Source of the DNA: Podarcis filfolensis
Taxonomy: Eukaryota
Strand: one strand, 5' to 3'
Assembly (NCBI GenBank): GCA_964270895.1
Contig: OZ185437.1
DNA length: 64,000 nucleotides
In this document: one piece after another, positions 1 to 11,862 of the stretch
Layout of the letters: each line of letters starts with the position of its first letter
How positions within the stretch are numbered: position 1 is the first letter of the stretch
Position numbers and translations under genes: made by a program
The notes under the pieces: generated by a model
The model's database searches: none
The model's input: the letters and a program-made list of their open reading frames with translations, nothing else
Told to the model about the DNA's origin: nothing

Positions 1-215
1 GTGGTACCTCAGGTTACAGACGCTTCAGGTTACAGACTCCACTAACCAGGAATAGTACCTCAGGTTAAGAACTTTGCTTCAGGATGAGAACAGAAATCGC
101 GTGGCAGCGGCAACGGGAGACCCCATTAGCTAAAGTGGTACCTCAGGTTAAGGACAGTTTCAGGTTAAGAAGAGACCTCCAGAACGAATTAAGTTCTTAA
201 CCCGAGGTACTACTC
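1..215. mobile_element. Tigger/pogo-like MITE family A, copy 1 (cut by window edge)
   Basis: GTGGTACCTCAGGTTA...CCCGAGGTACTACTC-TA; similar along its length to 15602-15825 and 40050-40280. Confidence 0.85.
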
Positions 216-711
216 TACCGGGAAACGTCTCTTCTCAGGTTGTGCTTGCCACCTGCACCTTTCATAAGAGCTTGCATTTAAATAATATTTTTTCTAAAAA
301 AAAAACGGCTTGCACAATTAATTGGGGATACCTTTTGCTTTTTTTAAAAAAAGATTTAATTGCTTTAATCAACTACAGCTGCAAGCTTTCAAGATTATCC
401 TCTTAGACAGGGTTGGGCTAGAAGAAAGAAACAAAACATTCCATCTTAGGAGGTTCTGCCAAAAATAACTGGAAGAAATTACAGTTAGGAATTAATTTAC
501 AGAATGGAAATGAAAGCTATGAGACTTGGACGTTCCTTCAGAAATCTTTGAGACTAATGATTTTATTTGAGAAATGGACCGTCAATCTTTTTCTTCACCG
601 AGGTTTTAAAAATGCCAGATATTGTATGTCTGTTGATGTGGCCATAGCGTTTCAAAATATTTTTTTCTTGCTCAGCTCTCCATTCATTCCAGTGGGGCTC
701 ATGCAGAATAC

Positions 712-712
712 G

Positions 713-753
<41 letters not shown>
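712..753. repeat. (GTT)14 microsatellite
   Basis: Read directly. Confidence 0.95.
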
Positions 754-755
<2 letters not shown>

Positions 756-1436
756 CGTCATCATCTTTTTAATAGTGCTTAATTGTCAGAACCACTAAGC
801 AGTTTACATAGAATGCAAAACATACCTTAAAATTGTCAATAAACGTCAGATGTTGGTAACAAAAAAGAAGTTAAAACCTTAAAAATTCCAAGTATAAATA
901 AAGCCTGTCATTAAATATATACTAAGCTAGAAATACTTGATATGAAAGACAGTGGTTACATCAGCAGATGTGAGAACTTTGTTATAATACTGTATTGTGG
1001 CACATCTTCATTCTTAGGGAATGAGAACAAATGGAAGCTATTGAATGTACATTTTGCAACTCAAATTTTGGTCTCATAGATCAAAGGGCTGCTAAAGGGT
1101 CACATGACTTAGATTTTATCCTGAAGCTTAATTTCTAACTATAATTGCTTTATATTTATTTTATTCTGCATTTTCTTGCAGTGTGGAATGCTCTGTCTGG
1201 TAATATAATCATAACCAAATATGGGATTAACTAGATTATTATCGAAGAGAATCACAGACACATGGAAAAGGCTAGTTTTATTCCGCAGTGTAAAAATAAA
1301 TAAATAAATAACATTGACAGAGCTACCATCGCATTCTAGGAACAGTTTGTAAATAGCTGCTTGCTATTTAAAACATAACAAAGCCACATGTCCAAATTGG
1401 ATTAATTGTATTAGGAAAAATGTGGAAAGGAAGAAA

Positions 1437-1680
1437 AGGTAAGGCCGCATTCAAATATATTAATAAAGCCAGTCTAGCTCTAGTTCCATCCTATCTGCTT
1501 GAGCAGGCTCTTGGGATTCAGAAGATATGCAGAGTTCCTTGTAGAAGAGAACTTCTGAGAGTCAGCATCTTTGGACATTTCCATGAAGTCAAAAGTAGAG
1601 AGTAAAGTCTCACATACGGATAGGAATAAGAGACCAGTAGAAGCCAACTTCCTTCCCAAGATGAATTGTTGTTTGACCCT
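1437..1680 (+). mobile_element. Possible old L2-like ORF2 3' remnant
   Basis: AFKYINKASLALVPSYLLE loosely resembles L2 FKALxGLxPxYL; highly decayed. Confidence 0.3.
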
Positions 1681-3356
1681 ACCATGAAATTTGCTCCATC
1701 TGTGATGTCAGGGGCCTTTTTGGCCAATCAGGAAATTACTGTGAGGCTAGTTCCACCTCCCTAAGGACTCTGAACTTACATTACTAAAGGTCTTAACCAG
1801 TTCAGTCCTGTTGAACCATTGTGAAAACCAGCTATATGTCCTGGATGCTTATTCAAAGACAAAGGACAGGATATGCTTGCTCATAGTTTATGGATATGCT
1901 TACTCGCCATTCTTCTGAGATTTCCAGAAGTTCTAGGAGGGTTTATTGAGCTACATCAGAGTATAGGAGTTCATCAGAGGGGTATTAACATTTGCTGCCA
2001 CTTCCTCTTAATTCTGTTGAAGTGGCAGGCAGAGGAGGAGAAGGAAGGAAACAAGTAAGGGTGACCCTCACTAAGTATTATATATTTATTTAATTAAAAC
2101 ACCATTGTACCACCCTTCATTAAAAATCCCAAGGCAGCTCACAGGAAAAATGAAACAAGTTCAGTAATATTAACTTTAAAGAAAGACTATAGCAACATCT
2201 GCAATAACTAGAGAAATCTACAAAGGACTGGGCAATGACCTGAAAATGCTTCCCACTTTTTGTAGAATGCCAAAAGCACATTGCAGTTGTGCACGTTACT
2301 TATTTCAGAGGAGAGACAATTTCACAAGCCGTTCACCAGCACAGAAAATAGTTTAATGGGAAAAGTGGTAAAAACATGGGAATCGCACACACAGCTCATT
2401 AATGTCATTTTTGTAATGAAAGAACTGCATTCCCCCACTTGACAGTTGAGTGACAGCTTTAAAACAACCACCACCAGGAATACTCAGCAAGCCATATTGC
2501 TGCTCTTATAATTTCTGCTATGGTTGAATGTCCTTTTTGTTTTTTTGCATTACCTTGATTTATTTAAAATGATCAGGTATCTGCTTTCACCGCTGCTTGT
2601 GGTTTTTGCACACAAGACCAGCCATTGTGCATTTGCAGACTGCCCTCCTGAAAATTGACCCAGCACTGATGTTTCTCCACACTTGAGCGGTCATCACCTA
2701 TTGAGACATGTTTGTATAAAAATAATCGCTGCCTTTATTCTTTTTTATTTTATTTTGCCGCATCAGCATATCCAGGTCTTGAATAAGCCTAAGTAAATTG
2801 TGCTGCGCTGAAAGGAAAAGCTGTTTGACAATGGAAGCCAAAAATAACTTGAATGGTCTCAAGAATATACATTCCTCTCTGGAGTTAGCCATAACTAAGT
2901 AGAGCAAGGTTGATAAACCACATTTTGTTCATGTCAGAAGCAGCAACAGAGCAGTTGGACACTGCTGCTGGCAGCCAACCCACATCTCCCTTTCCTACAG
3001 TGTTAATATTACATTATTTACTGAGTATTCAGCAGGGCCAGCCCAAGGCGTTTTGTTGCCTAAGATGGAAACCGTTAGGGGCCAGGAATCAGATTCCTCT
3101 TTGTCAGGTGCTGGAGGTGAGGAGGAGTCCTCTGAACCTGAAGGGAAAAGACAAACAGGGCCAGCCCAGCCCCACAAGCATTCTTGATGTGGTAAATCTG
3201 GGTCTTGGGTATATCACTTCAGGATGCAGCTTGGAGCGTATAGGACTGAAAGCTGCTCTAGCTTCCCCTGTCCCCTGAACAAAATTCCTTCCACATAGAA
3301 AGGTAGCATGTGAGGGAGAAGGCTCTCGTCCCTCAAATCCACATTTTTCTGTAGAG

Positions 3357-3492
3357 CAAAGATGGAGGATCTGGAGCCCCTCAGATGTTGTTGGACCACA
3401 GCTGCCATCACCTCATGACCATTGGCAGTTCTGACTGGGGTTCATGGGAGCTGGAGTCCAACAAAATATGAAGGGCCACCGGTTCCTCAAAA
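3357..3492. mobile_element. Older copy of the palindromic hAT-MITE group
   Basis: ggaccacagctgccatca...atgggagctggagtcc inner arms; ends approximate. Confidence 0.55.
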
Positions 3493-3550
3493 GGGACTTT
3501 TTCATCTGGAGGAGCGTTCAATTATATGCACCCTAAACTGCAATCTAAAG

Positions 3551-3869
3551 CGGGACTAGGAAACCTTTTTCAGCCTGAGGGCCACATTACTTTGTGGGCA
3601 ACTTCCAAGGGCCACATGCCATTGGTGGATGGGGCCAAATGCCAAAGTGGATATAGCAACAAATATAAAAATTGCTATTCTACAGTGGTCTAGTGCTGCA
3701 CACCCTCTTCTCTTTACTCCATCCAGGCAATAAAGAGGAATTATCAGAGTTCAGGGACACATTCCAGCCAGGCAAAGATGTTTGGGTGTGAAGCAGAGCA
3801 AGTGTGGGATGTCACCTGAGGGTCAACTCTCCTGAAGGGCCACATTTGGTATGTGGTTCTCCACCCCTG
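3551..3869. mobile_element. Degenerate hAT-type non-autonomous element
   Basis: Ends ...tctccacccctg; repeated GGGCCACA subterminal motifs. Confidence 0.5.
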
Positions 3870-5122
3870 GTCTAGAATATAGTGCCCAGGCATCCTTACC
3901 TTCAGTGAAAACTAGGCATTTGATTCTGTGGATTTATCTAATGATATGTCAATTTCTTGTATTCAAGGAGTCAAGCAAGATGCATTTTTTTTAACTGTGT
4001 AGCTAATGTTGATCTGTGACCAAAGTATTCAAAATTAAAATGTTTAGGTGTTGGTAGGTAAACAAATGTTTATATAGTAATATAATATAATCTGACACTT
4101 GAGTTACTCTTGTTATGATATAAAATAAGTGCCTCACAGAATCACTGAAGTATACATTCCGTAGTTTAAGAATTATTGATGATGTCCTCTCAAAAAACTG
4201 TAAATGAAAAATTAACTTAAAGTGTGCTTCTAGATGTGGGAACCCAAGATAATACATTACAGGTTCAATACTGTTCAGATATCTCTGGATGATTTAAAAC
4301 ACCAATTTTCTCTTAGCACTATGTTCAAGCTCTCCTAGATCCATCATAAGCTTCATGATATTCTGCCTTTCTATAATAGATAGCATGACGCTTCTACCTA
4401 TCCATTGCAGGAAGGCAGAATATCATGTTGGGGACATAGCTGTCTTTCTGCTTACAATTTAAAAAAAGGAATCACAGGAATTAAGAGCTCTGCTTGGAAA
4501 TGTGGTGTGCAGAGACTTTGAACAGTTAAAATAAAAACCCACTTGGCTGTGCTTAATGTGAGATGCACAGGGTTTTGCTTGAGCAATAGGGTTTCCCCTT
4601 TCTCTCCTCTCCTTCATGCACCCTCAAAGTATGTTCCAGAGTGTCTCTCGACTTTCTGGAGCAGATTTTATGGGGCCTGAAAGGCATGGGGAGTGGAGAT
4701 ATGGGGAAAATTCTACTGCACAAGTGGACTGGCAGTACTAGATACAATCTTAAAGGTTCATGATGTTGCTGGGGGGGGGGGCGGATCCAGTGAGCCAGTA
4801 CAGACATTATTTTGGTTAGGTTACTTGTGCAAAGTACAGAAGAGAAGGAGACCCCTCCACAGTGCTATGGTGCATGCATATGCAAATACTTAAATGAGTA
4901 AGCCACCTGCAATAACATCCACACCAGGAGAAATATGGTGTTTCTTACCTGATGAACCTAAGGTCCTGCACTTCTGTTCTTAAAGTTTTATGGTACGGTA
5001 TGGGTGGAGAATCCACGCTTAAATCAGAAGCTTGGTTCCTCTGCTTTAAATGGGGGGGTTGTTTGTTTGTTACATTTGTATCCAAGGAGTTGAAAGTTGT
5101 GTAATGGTTCACCCGTGCCCAC

Positions 5123-5275
5123 CATTAATATACTCAAAACAAGCTTGTGAGGTAGATTAGGCTGTGTGATTGTGACTGTCACAATTTTACCTGTTGAGTT
5201 CCATAGCTAAGTGAGGAATCGAACCTGTGCCCTCCTTGTCCTAGTTCAACACTCCCACCATTGCTACACAACCAG
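5123..5275 (-). mobile_element. tRNA-derived MIR-like SINE fragment
   Basis: cttgtgaggtagattaggctg...gaatcgaacc (B-box on the - strand). Confidence 0.55.
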
Positions 5276-5442
5276 TGTTGACTTCTGTGTTTCTTCTTGA
5301 GCCAGACTTGATATTTGACAGAAGATCTGTCTGGGAACCTGGCTCTCTCCCAAGTTATCTAACAGCAGTGGAAGAAAGGCAGAAGAAAACCAGTGGAAAC
5401 GTGTGTAATGCTTCCTCTGTTTCTCCCCTCTATTCTCATCAT

Positions 5443-5698
5443 CAGGGGTCGGCAAGGTTTTCCTCGCCTGGGCCAGTTCACTCCAGCGGAGATCCCTCTG
5501 TGGCCTGCAATTTCTGGCATCTGTGCAGACGTGATTTCCAGCACCGCAGAAGTGAGTCCCCGCGCTGTGCTGCGCTGGTTTAGCACAGCGCGTGGGGACT
5601 TGCCGAGATGGCAGCTCGGTTCGGGGGCAGCTCGGGGGCTAGTTAATCAACCCCCATGAGCCACCTGTGGCCCATGGGCCTTAGGTTGTCGACCCCTG
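5443..5698. mobile_element. hAT-type MITE, young
   Basis: TIRs CAGGGGTCGGCAA / TTGTCGACCCCTG; perfect 8-bp TSD CTCATCAT (5435-5442, 5699-5706); CpG-rich interior. Confidence 0.88.
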
Positions 5699-7564
5699 CT
5701 CATCATCTTAATAAATAATAAGAGAGGGTGTCTAGATGCATTTTGCTGTGGTTGGAAGAAAAGTGCCTAACAATATGGCCTCCAAATGTTTTGCACTACA
5801 ACTACCCAGCATGGCTGTGATGGGAGCTTTCAGGTTGTTGAAGGCTGGGTTATCTTCATAGTCTAATATGGTGCCCAAATTGAGTAAAATAAATTTACTC
5901 TTCCTCTGATTCAGTTATGCAACAGCTCTGCTTGCCACCTGTAGATTCACCAGTAGCTGAACCAGGCTTCTCCACTGGTATCCCCTCTGAAGGGGACAGT
6001 TGACCTACGGATGTCTGTGATAAGGATTGCCATTTCCCTCAGACATCTAGTTTCATTCAGGGTTATTCTGCCTTTAAAATAAACTTGGGGTGTCAGTTGT
6101 TTACAAATAATGACATAGCTGCCGCATAGGTTCATACATGGTTTGGCAATGTGCTCTTTTAAAAAAACATAAAATGCCTGCCTTGTTTTCTGTGAGAAGT
6201 GGTAGCAAAATTGCTAACAACTTGCGTGACTTTTTACTAAAAAACAATGGCATTTGGTTTCCTCTGTTGACAGAGCACCTGAGCTCATTTCATTTGCTAT
6301 TGCAGCAGGAGGCTTCACAGCATCAAGAATCATGATTGTGCTCTTTCTAAAAAATGCTGCTGCATTGCATGGGGCAACTGTCAAGGCACATTAATCAGAT
6401 TAAAAGCAAAACAGTATCCTTTAATATAACTATGTCAAATAGCATCCACACGCAGCCAGCTTGTTCACAGAACATGTCAGAAATCAGTTCAACTCAGAGA
6501 ATCCAGAGCATGAAAACAGTTGGATAGCTGGGGAAAAAGCATAGGCACAAAGGCTATAATTTTATGCAATTTAATGTAGGGAACCAACATTATGGATGAT
6601 GCACACTGTACCGACTGTGCTGGCCCCATGAATATACAAATCTGATCAGCAGACTGGCAGAAAACCAGTGCCAGCTGAAAAATGGCATTTGATGATCCTT
6701 CCAGGGTTTTCAAAGGGAAAGGATGCTATTTGGGCCATGACTTTAAGGAAGACATGATTGTAAGCACCATAGATTTCATCTATCCAGCAGGGGAGAGAGC
6801 AGCCTTCCACTTGCATAGCTGATGCAGATGAAAACGTGCATCTCAATGCTCATTTTCATGATGCTCATCCAGCCCACACTGAATTGGCAAGATGTGGCCA
6901 GTGCACCATTAGTTGTCTAATTGCATAGAGTTAAAAGTGGGTCAGAGCCAGTGAAACCAGTGGCAGTTTCCCCAGCCCTTTCATTTTCTCCGGGCTACAT
7001 CTTCTGCCAGGAACTTTCTGTTTCCATATGACTCTCTATGGTGCCTCAGCTGGCCTTCAAAATAAATGCCAGCTTACCCCAGGCATTGCTCTTCCTTTTT
7101 TTCTAAAAAATATCTGTGGGGTGGGAAAAGATAACCCTGTGACCAGGGCTATTTTGGGTATGGTCGGTAAGTAGAAATAGTCTAGCGTAACTCTTGTTGC
7201 CACCTTGAGAACCTCTAGGGCAGAAAACTCATTCTTCAAAGGCTCTGGATGCACTTTCATAGGTCATTTCATGTTACATGTGCATGATGTTTGGGGTAGG
7301 ACTTGGGTTTGCTGATTTTGCTCTCTCCAGTTCATTCAAGTGACATAGGAACTATGCTGACATTTGCAGTTACGTAACTTTGAACTTATGCATCCCAGTC
7401 TGCAGAAGAGACAAAAGGAATTATGGGGCCAGAATTTCTGGTGCAATCCATTCAGGCACTCGCTCTGGAGAGAGGTAGGCTGAGCAGTTGGATGCAGGAT
7501 AGAAGAAAGTCCTACCCACCTCTTTCTCTCTCCATGAATAGGGAAGATGAAAAGCTCCGTTGGT

Positions 7565-7616
7565 AAAGCAGAGGGTTGGATTAGAGCCTTGTGGTCCCTT
7601 CTATGATTCTATTCTA
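7565..7616 (+). mobile_element. Very short CR1 3' terminal fragment
   Basis: gggttggattag...gtggtcccttctatgattctattcta resembles the CR1 end at 56220-56280. Confidence 0.5.
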
Positions 7617-8145
7617 TATACAGATAGCTTTAGCACATTGGTGTAGAAAAACTGACCATGCGTATCAAGTGCTGAGGTTATGATTCTGATTTTTTGGGAG
7701 TGGGTAGAGACAGTGACTCTTTCATTAACTTGCACCATTTAATGGTACATCATAATCTGGAGAAGCTGTCTCCAGAAGCTGCTGTAGGGCATGAGCACAA
7801 CTAAGGGAAACTCACAGATGAAATCCTGGTGGAGGGAACAGCTAGTCTTTTTGCTGATCTACATCCTGACATGAAAAAGCCCACAGGCCTCTGACTTTTA
7901 TAGAACAAGTCCAGCACATGTGGAAAGATTGTGATGTAACTCTCTCTGCCTACAAAGAGGAGCAACTTTCCTCCAGAACCAGCATTGTGAAGAGTTTGAG
8001 AGTGTCACAAATGGTTGTGATGAAAGCTTGTGTATATTTTATTTTTGAAAATAGTATAGTTCAGAAGAAAAAAATAGCTTGGCTCGACTAGATTGCTGAC
8101 TAATACAGTTAAGCTGTTGCTTTAATGATAGGATGCATTTTTATT

Positions 8146-8168
8146 TGTGTGTGTGTGTGTGTGTGTGT
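8146..8168. repeat. (GT)n microsatellite
   Basis: Read directly. Confidence 0.9.
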
Positions 8169-8227
8169 GATCTTTATTGTCCTTTCAAAGGACAAACCAG
8201 TTGTCTAGTTTTTCTTTTAAGACCTAG

Positions 8228-8435
8228 TTACAGGTAGGTAGCTGTGTTGGTTTGCCGTAGTCGAAACAAAATAAAAAAATTCCTTCCAGTAGCACCTTAG
8301 AGACCAACTAAGTTTGTTATTGGTATGAGCTTTTGTGTGCATGCACACTTCTTCAGATACATGCACACAAAAGCTCATACCAATAACAAACTTAGTTGGT
8401 CTCTAAGGTGCTACTGGAAGGAGTTTTTTTATTTC
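8228..8435. mobile_element. Penelope-like retroelement terminal-repeat fragment in inverted arrangement
   Basis: Perfect 63-bp inverted repeat 8281-8343 / 8360-8422 with a 16-nt spacer; carries a hammerhead-type core. Confidence 0.7.
8323..8360 (-). ncRNA. Minimal type-I hammerhead ribozyme motif, probably inactive (GAAA changed to AAAA)
   Basis: - strand reads GUAU-CUGAAGA-A-GUGUG-CAUG-CACAC-AAAA-GC-UC-AUAC: helix I GUAU/AUAC, CUGANGA core, helix II, palindromic AGCU helix III. Confidence 0.65.
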
Positions 8436-8749
8436 TTTTAAGACCATTATTGTATTTAAAATCACTTGACAGATTCTAATCTTTCCTCCATATCGTAACA
8501 TTAATAAATGCAAATTATTACAAAATGTTGAGACCCGATTGCTGGTCATTGTATGCTGTGTGGTTTAATTTGCACATCCCTATGTTCTTATAACACTGGG
8601 CAACAATTTTTTACTTTTTGAATGTTGTCTAGATTTCTACAACTGATTTAGGGTATTTTTGCAGTGCTGAATCAGGAAATGGCATCCGTTTCTCTCCATC
8701 AGGTCAGGTTTACTGTAAACTGAATGGTGGGCATTGATAAAGGTAAGTA

Positions 8750-9002
8750 CAGTGGTACCTCGCAAGACGAATGCCTCGTAAGACGAAAAACTCGCAAGAC
8801 GAAAGAGTTTTTCGTTTTTTGAGTTGCTTCGCAAGACAAATTTCCCTATGGGCTTGCTTCGCAAGACGAAAACGTCTTGCGAGTTTGTTTCCTTTTTCTT
8901 AAAACCGTTAATACCCAGAGAATCCGTGCTTCGCAAGACGAAAAATTCGCAAGACGAAAAAACTCGCAGAACAAATTAATTTCGTCTTGCGAGGTACCAC
9001 TG
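8750..9002. mobile_element. Tc1/mariner (pogo/Tigger-like) MITE nested in the Chapaev3 element
   Basis: TIRs CAGTGGTACCTCGCAAGACGAA / TTCGTCTTGCGAGGTACCACTG; TA on both sides; about 9 internal copies of CGCAAGACGAA. Confidence 0.85.
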
Positions 9003-9041
9003 TACATGTAAATTACATGTTGCTTCACCATTTTTCAAACT

Positions 9042-10545
9042 TCAGGGCTTGAACTTCCGTTTCTTGGAACTCCAGGAATGCTCAGCGGCAGGGAGGTCTC
9101 TCTTTAGAGTCCAACAGTAGTCAGCCATCATGACTGCGTCCCAGCGACCCTGATACCTGGTCTCCATCTCTTTCATGTCCTGATGGAATCTCTCCCCCTG
9201 CTCGTCACTCATTGAACCCAGGTTCTCAGGAAACCGGTCCATATGTGAAAATAGGTAGTGCATCTTGATGCTCATGTTGCAGCCCAGGTTTCTGAAAGCA
9301 GTCAGCATGTTGTTGACAAGTTCTGCGTAGTTTCTGGCCTTATTGTTGCCAAGAAAGTTCTTCACTACCAGAACAAATGCCTTCCACGCTTCCAGTTCCA
9401 CTTTGTTCATTGAGTTTCCAAACTCTGGATCTCTGATGAGCTGACGGATCTGAGGACCGTCAAAGATGCCAGCTTTCAACTTCTCCATGGTCAATCCTGT
9501 AAAAGCCTGGCACAAGTAAGTGAAGCATCACCATCCTTGTCCAGAGCCTTGGTGAACTACTTGATTAAGCCGAGCTTGATGTGCAGCGGTGGGAAGAGTA
9601 TTCTGTCTCTGTCCACCAGAGGGTTGTTGATGACGTTCCTTTTTCTGCAAGGCACCAATTCCTCCCGCACAGGCCAGTCGTTCTTCGTGTAATGCTGAGC
9701 ACGGTCCCTACTATCCCTCATGCACAGAAAACATGGGTACTTGGTGAAGCCAGACTGTTGTCCCAACAAAAAGTTCACCATCTTCAGGTCAACACAAATA
9801 AACCACTTATGCTGATCATAACCAATTTTCTCCAGCACATACTTCACCGCTTCATAGTTCTCCTTCAGTGTACTCAAGTGAGCCAGGGGTATAGAGGCAA
9901 ACTGGTTGCCGTTGTGTAGCAGAACACATTTCAGTGATCACTTGCTGCTGTCAATGAACAGTCTCCAATCTTTGGGTTCGTACTGTGGCACTCCAAGCTT
10001 GAGCAGAAGTACACCAAGACCTTCTCTTCCGAGAAAAAACGGAGGTACTCTTGATGCCTGTTGCGGAAGAAGCTGATGCGAGCACTGTCAGAGAGGAGGT
10101 TTTTTTCCTTCAATCTGGATGCCAACAGTTCGGCAGAGTCCTTTGACAAGCTGAGGTCGCAAACTAGATCATTCAACTCCTTTTGGGAAAATGGATGTGG
10201 AGCATCATCTTCAAGAACCACTTCTTCTTCTTCATGTCCTTCAACACTGGAGGCATCTTCGTCACTAATGTCAGGAAGTTCTCCGAAGATAGGCACTGGA
10301 ATTTCATCACAATGAGCTACAGGACGACGTGCTGATTGAAGATCAGTATACTTGAGGCTGCTCCGGTTCTTTCTGTTGATCCCAGTCACATCAACAGTGC
10401 AGAAGTAGCAGTCAGTGACATGGTTTGTCGGCTCCCTCCAAACCATGGGAATTCCAAAGTTCAGACTCCTCTTGCCATTGGTCCACCCACGTAGAGTCTC
10501 GGTGCATGCCTTGCACATCATGTGTGGCGCCCAAGCTTTACACTT
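9042..10545 (-). pseudogene. Chapaev3 transposase pseudogene
   Basis: ORFs 9931-10521, 9557-9877 and 9042-9515 carry motifs KAWAPHMMCKAC, PMVWREPTNHVTDCYFC, ICVDLKMVNFLLGQQSGFTKYPCFLC, PPLHIKLGLIK, MSIKMHYLFSH, SDEQGERFHQD, MMADYCW; broken by frameshifts near 10010 and 9530 and stops near 9940 (TGA) and 9557 (TAG). Confidence 0.85.
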
Positions 10546-11219
10546 CGTGGGGCGGCTGCCCCATTAACTTAGTTTTGATCCCCCAACTTTATGCTTTGCC
10601 GCACCAATTTAAGGAAGATTTCGAGGTTTTATGACTTCAAACTGATCCCTTTTCGACGTAATCACCCAGAACTATCGGACCTGAATACTTCTTGTCATTA
10701 AAATAATCATTTCCAATCAAAACAATTATTCGACATGGCATTTTACCCCCACCAACTTCTTCTAAAATGCTCCACACAAGCGTACATGTGAACAAAAACG
10801 TAAAAAAACAGCATGTGGTCATACCTCAAAAACTTGACCTGATTGAGCAAAACCAATGTGATTTTTGGATTCAGCGCATCAGATTCATCCTAAATCAGCT
10901 GAAAAAACGCAGACAACAAAATTTGTTGTTGACCAGTGTAATGCACTTCCCTATGTTCTTCACGTGCAGGAGGAGAACATGTGGGGTGGAGGGATGTGAC
11001 AGGAAACTTGATTGACCCCATGGTATGTGCTGTAATGTTAAAGATGGCTGAAAAGACCAGAGAAGGTAAATGCTGGTTCAAGAAGTGTAGGCAGATTTTC
11101 TCCATGTCTGGTGGAAATGCCAGAAGGCGAAAAGCTTCTGGTCAGTGGCTATAAATATGATCAAAGAAATCTTCCAGGTTAGTCTAATTACTTTCCTCTC
11201 ATTATGCCTTTTAAATTAA

Positions 11220-11520
11220 TCGCAATGTGTGGTAGCTCTTGAGAAATTTCAAACCCAGGTGTTGAATGTACTCACCCTAGCAAGAGTATTATATGCTAAG
11301 ACTTGGAAGAAAGAACAAGCATCAATCAAACAGGAATTAATTTGGAAATGATGGAAGCAGTTAGGACTGATAAAATTAACATCAGTGTTATGCTCTACCT
11401 CCAGTGAGTCTTTAAATAAATTGAACTTAGTCATGCGATATATTAAGCAAGAATTGGAAATAAGGGAGATAGAAATTGATTATTTCTGATTATAAGGATT
11501 GTTTTTGTAAATAAAAAGGT
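11220..11520 (+). mobile_element. L1/Tx1-like ORF2 C-terminal remnant with A-rich tail
   Basis: Translates NVLTLARVLYAKTWKKEQASIKQELIWK, like the L1-clade ORF2 C-terminal motif; ends tgtaaataaaaag. Confidence 0.5.
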
Positions 11521-11744
11521 TTTTCTACTATTAAATATTTTTATAGTAGCCTACATACATAAGTGATTTTTTTTTTTTAGTTTCTGTTGGGTGCTTAAAT
11601 TCATAAATCTTCTGATGATATTAGTAATATATTTAAGGTATATGTAGTGTGTGAATGAGAGGAAGAGAACTTATAAGCAAGTGTGATTTGACTCAAAATG
11701 TTTTTTGGATGATACCTATGGAAACATACTGCCTCCGACTGTGG

Positions 11745-11862
11745 AGCCAGAGTATAGTCATTGTGGCTGGTAGCCACTGAAAATCTCATCCTCCATTAAT
11801 TTGTCTTAATTCTCTTTTAAAGCCATCCAGGTTGGTGGCCATCAGTGCCTCTTGTGGGATCA
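11745..11862 (-). mobile_element. LINE (L2/CR1-group) fragment
   Basis: cctccattaatttgtcttaattctcttttaaagccatccaggttggtggccatc, reverse-orientation LINE 3' region (recalled). Confidence 0.5.

Larger units (their letters stand above)
8594..10938 (-). mobile_element. Chapaev3-type (CMC superfamily) DNA transposon, decayed
   Basis: Termini CACTGGGCAACAA...TTGTTGACCAGTG; TAA on both sides (8591-8593, 10939-10941); imperfect subterminal inverted repeats; transposase remnants on the - strand. Confidence 0.85.

Noticed and set aside
548-772. Poly-Leu ORF, and similar poly-Ile or Arg-Glu/Ser-Leu ORFs at 17381, 33809 and 35301
   Set aside because: Produced by GTT, AAT and TG/AG microsatellites.
8760-8990. 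Regularly spaced short repeats resembling a CRISPR array
   Set aside because: Eukaryotic context, mixed orientation, no unique spacers or cas genes; explained as the MITE interior.
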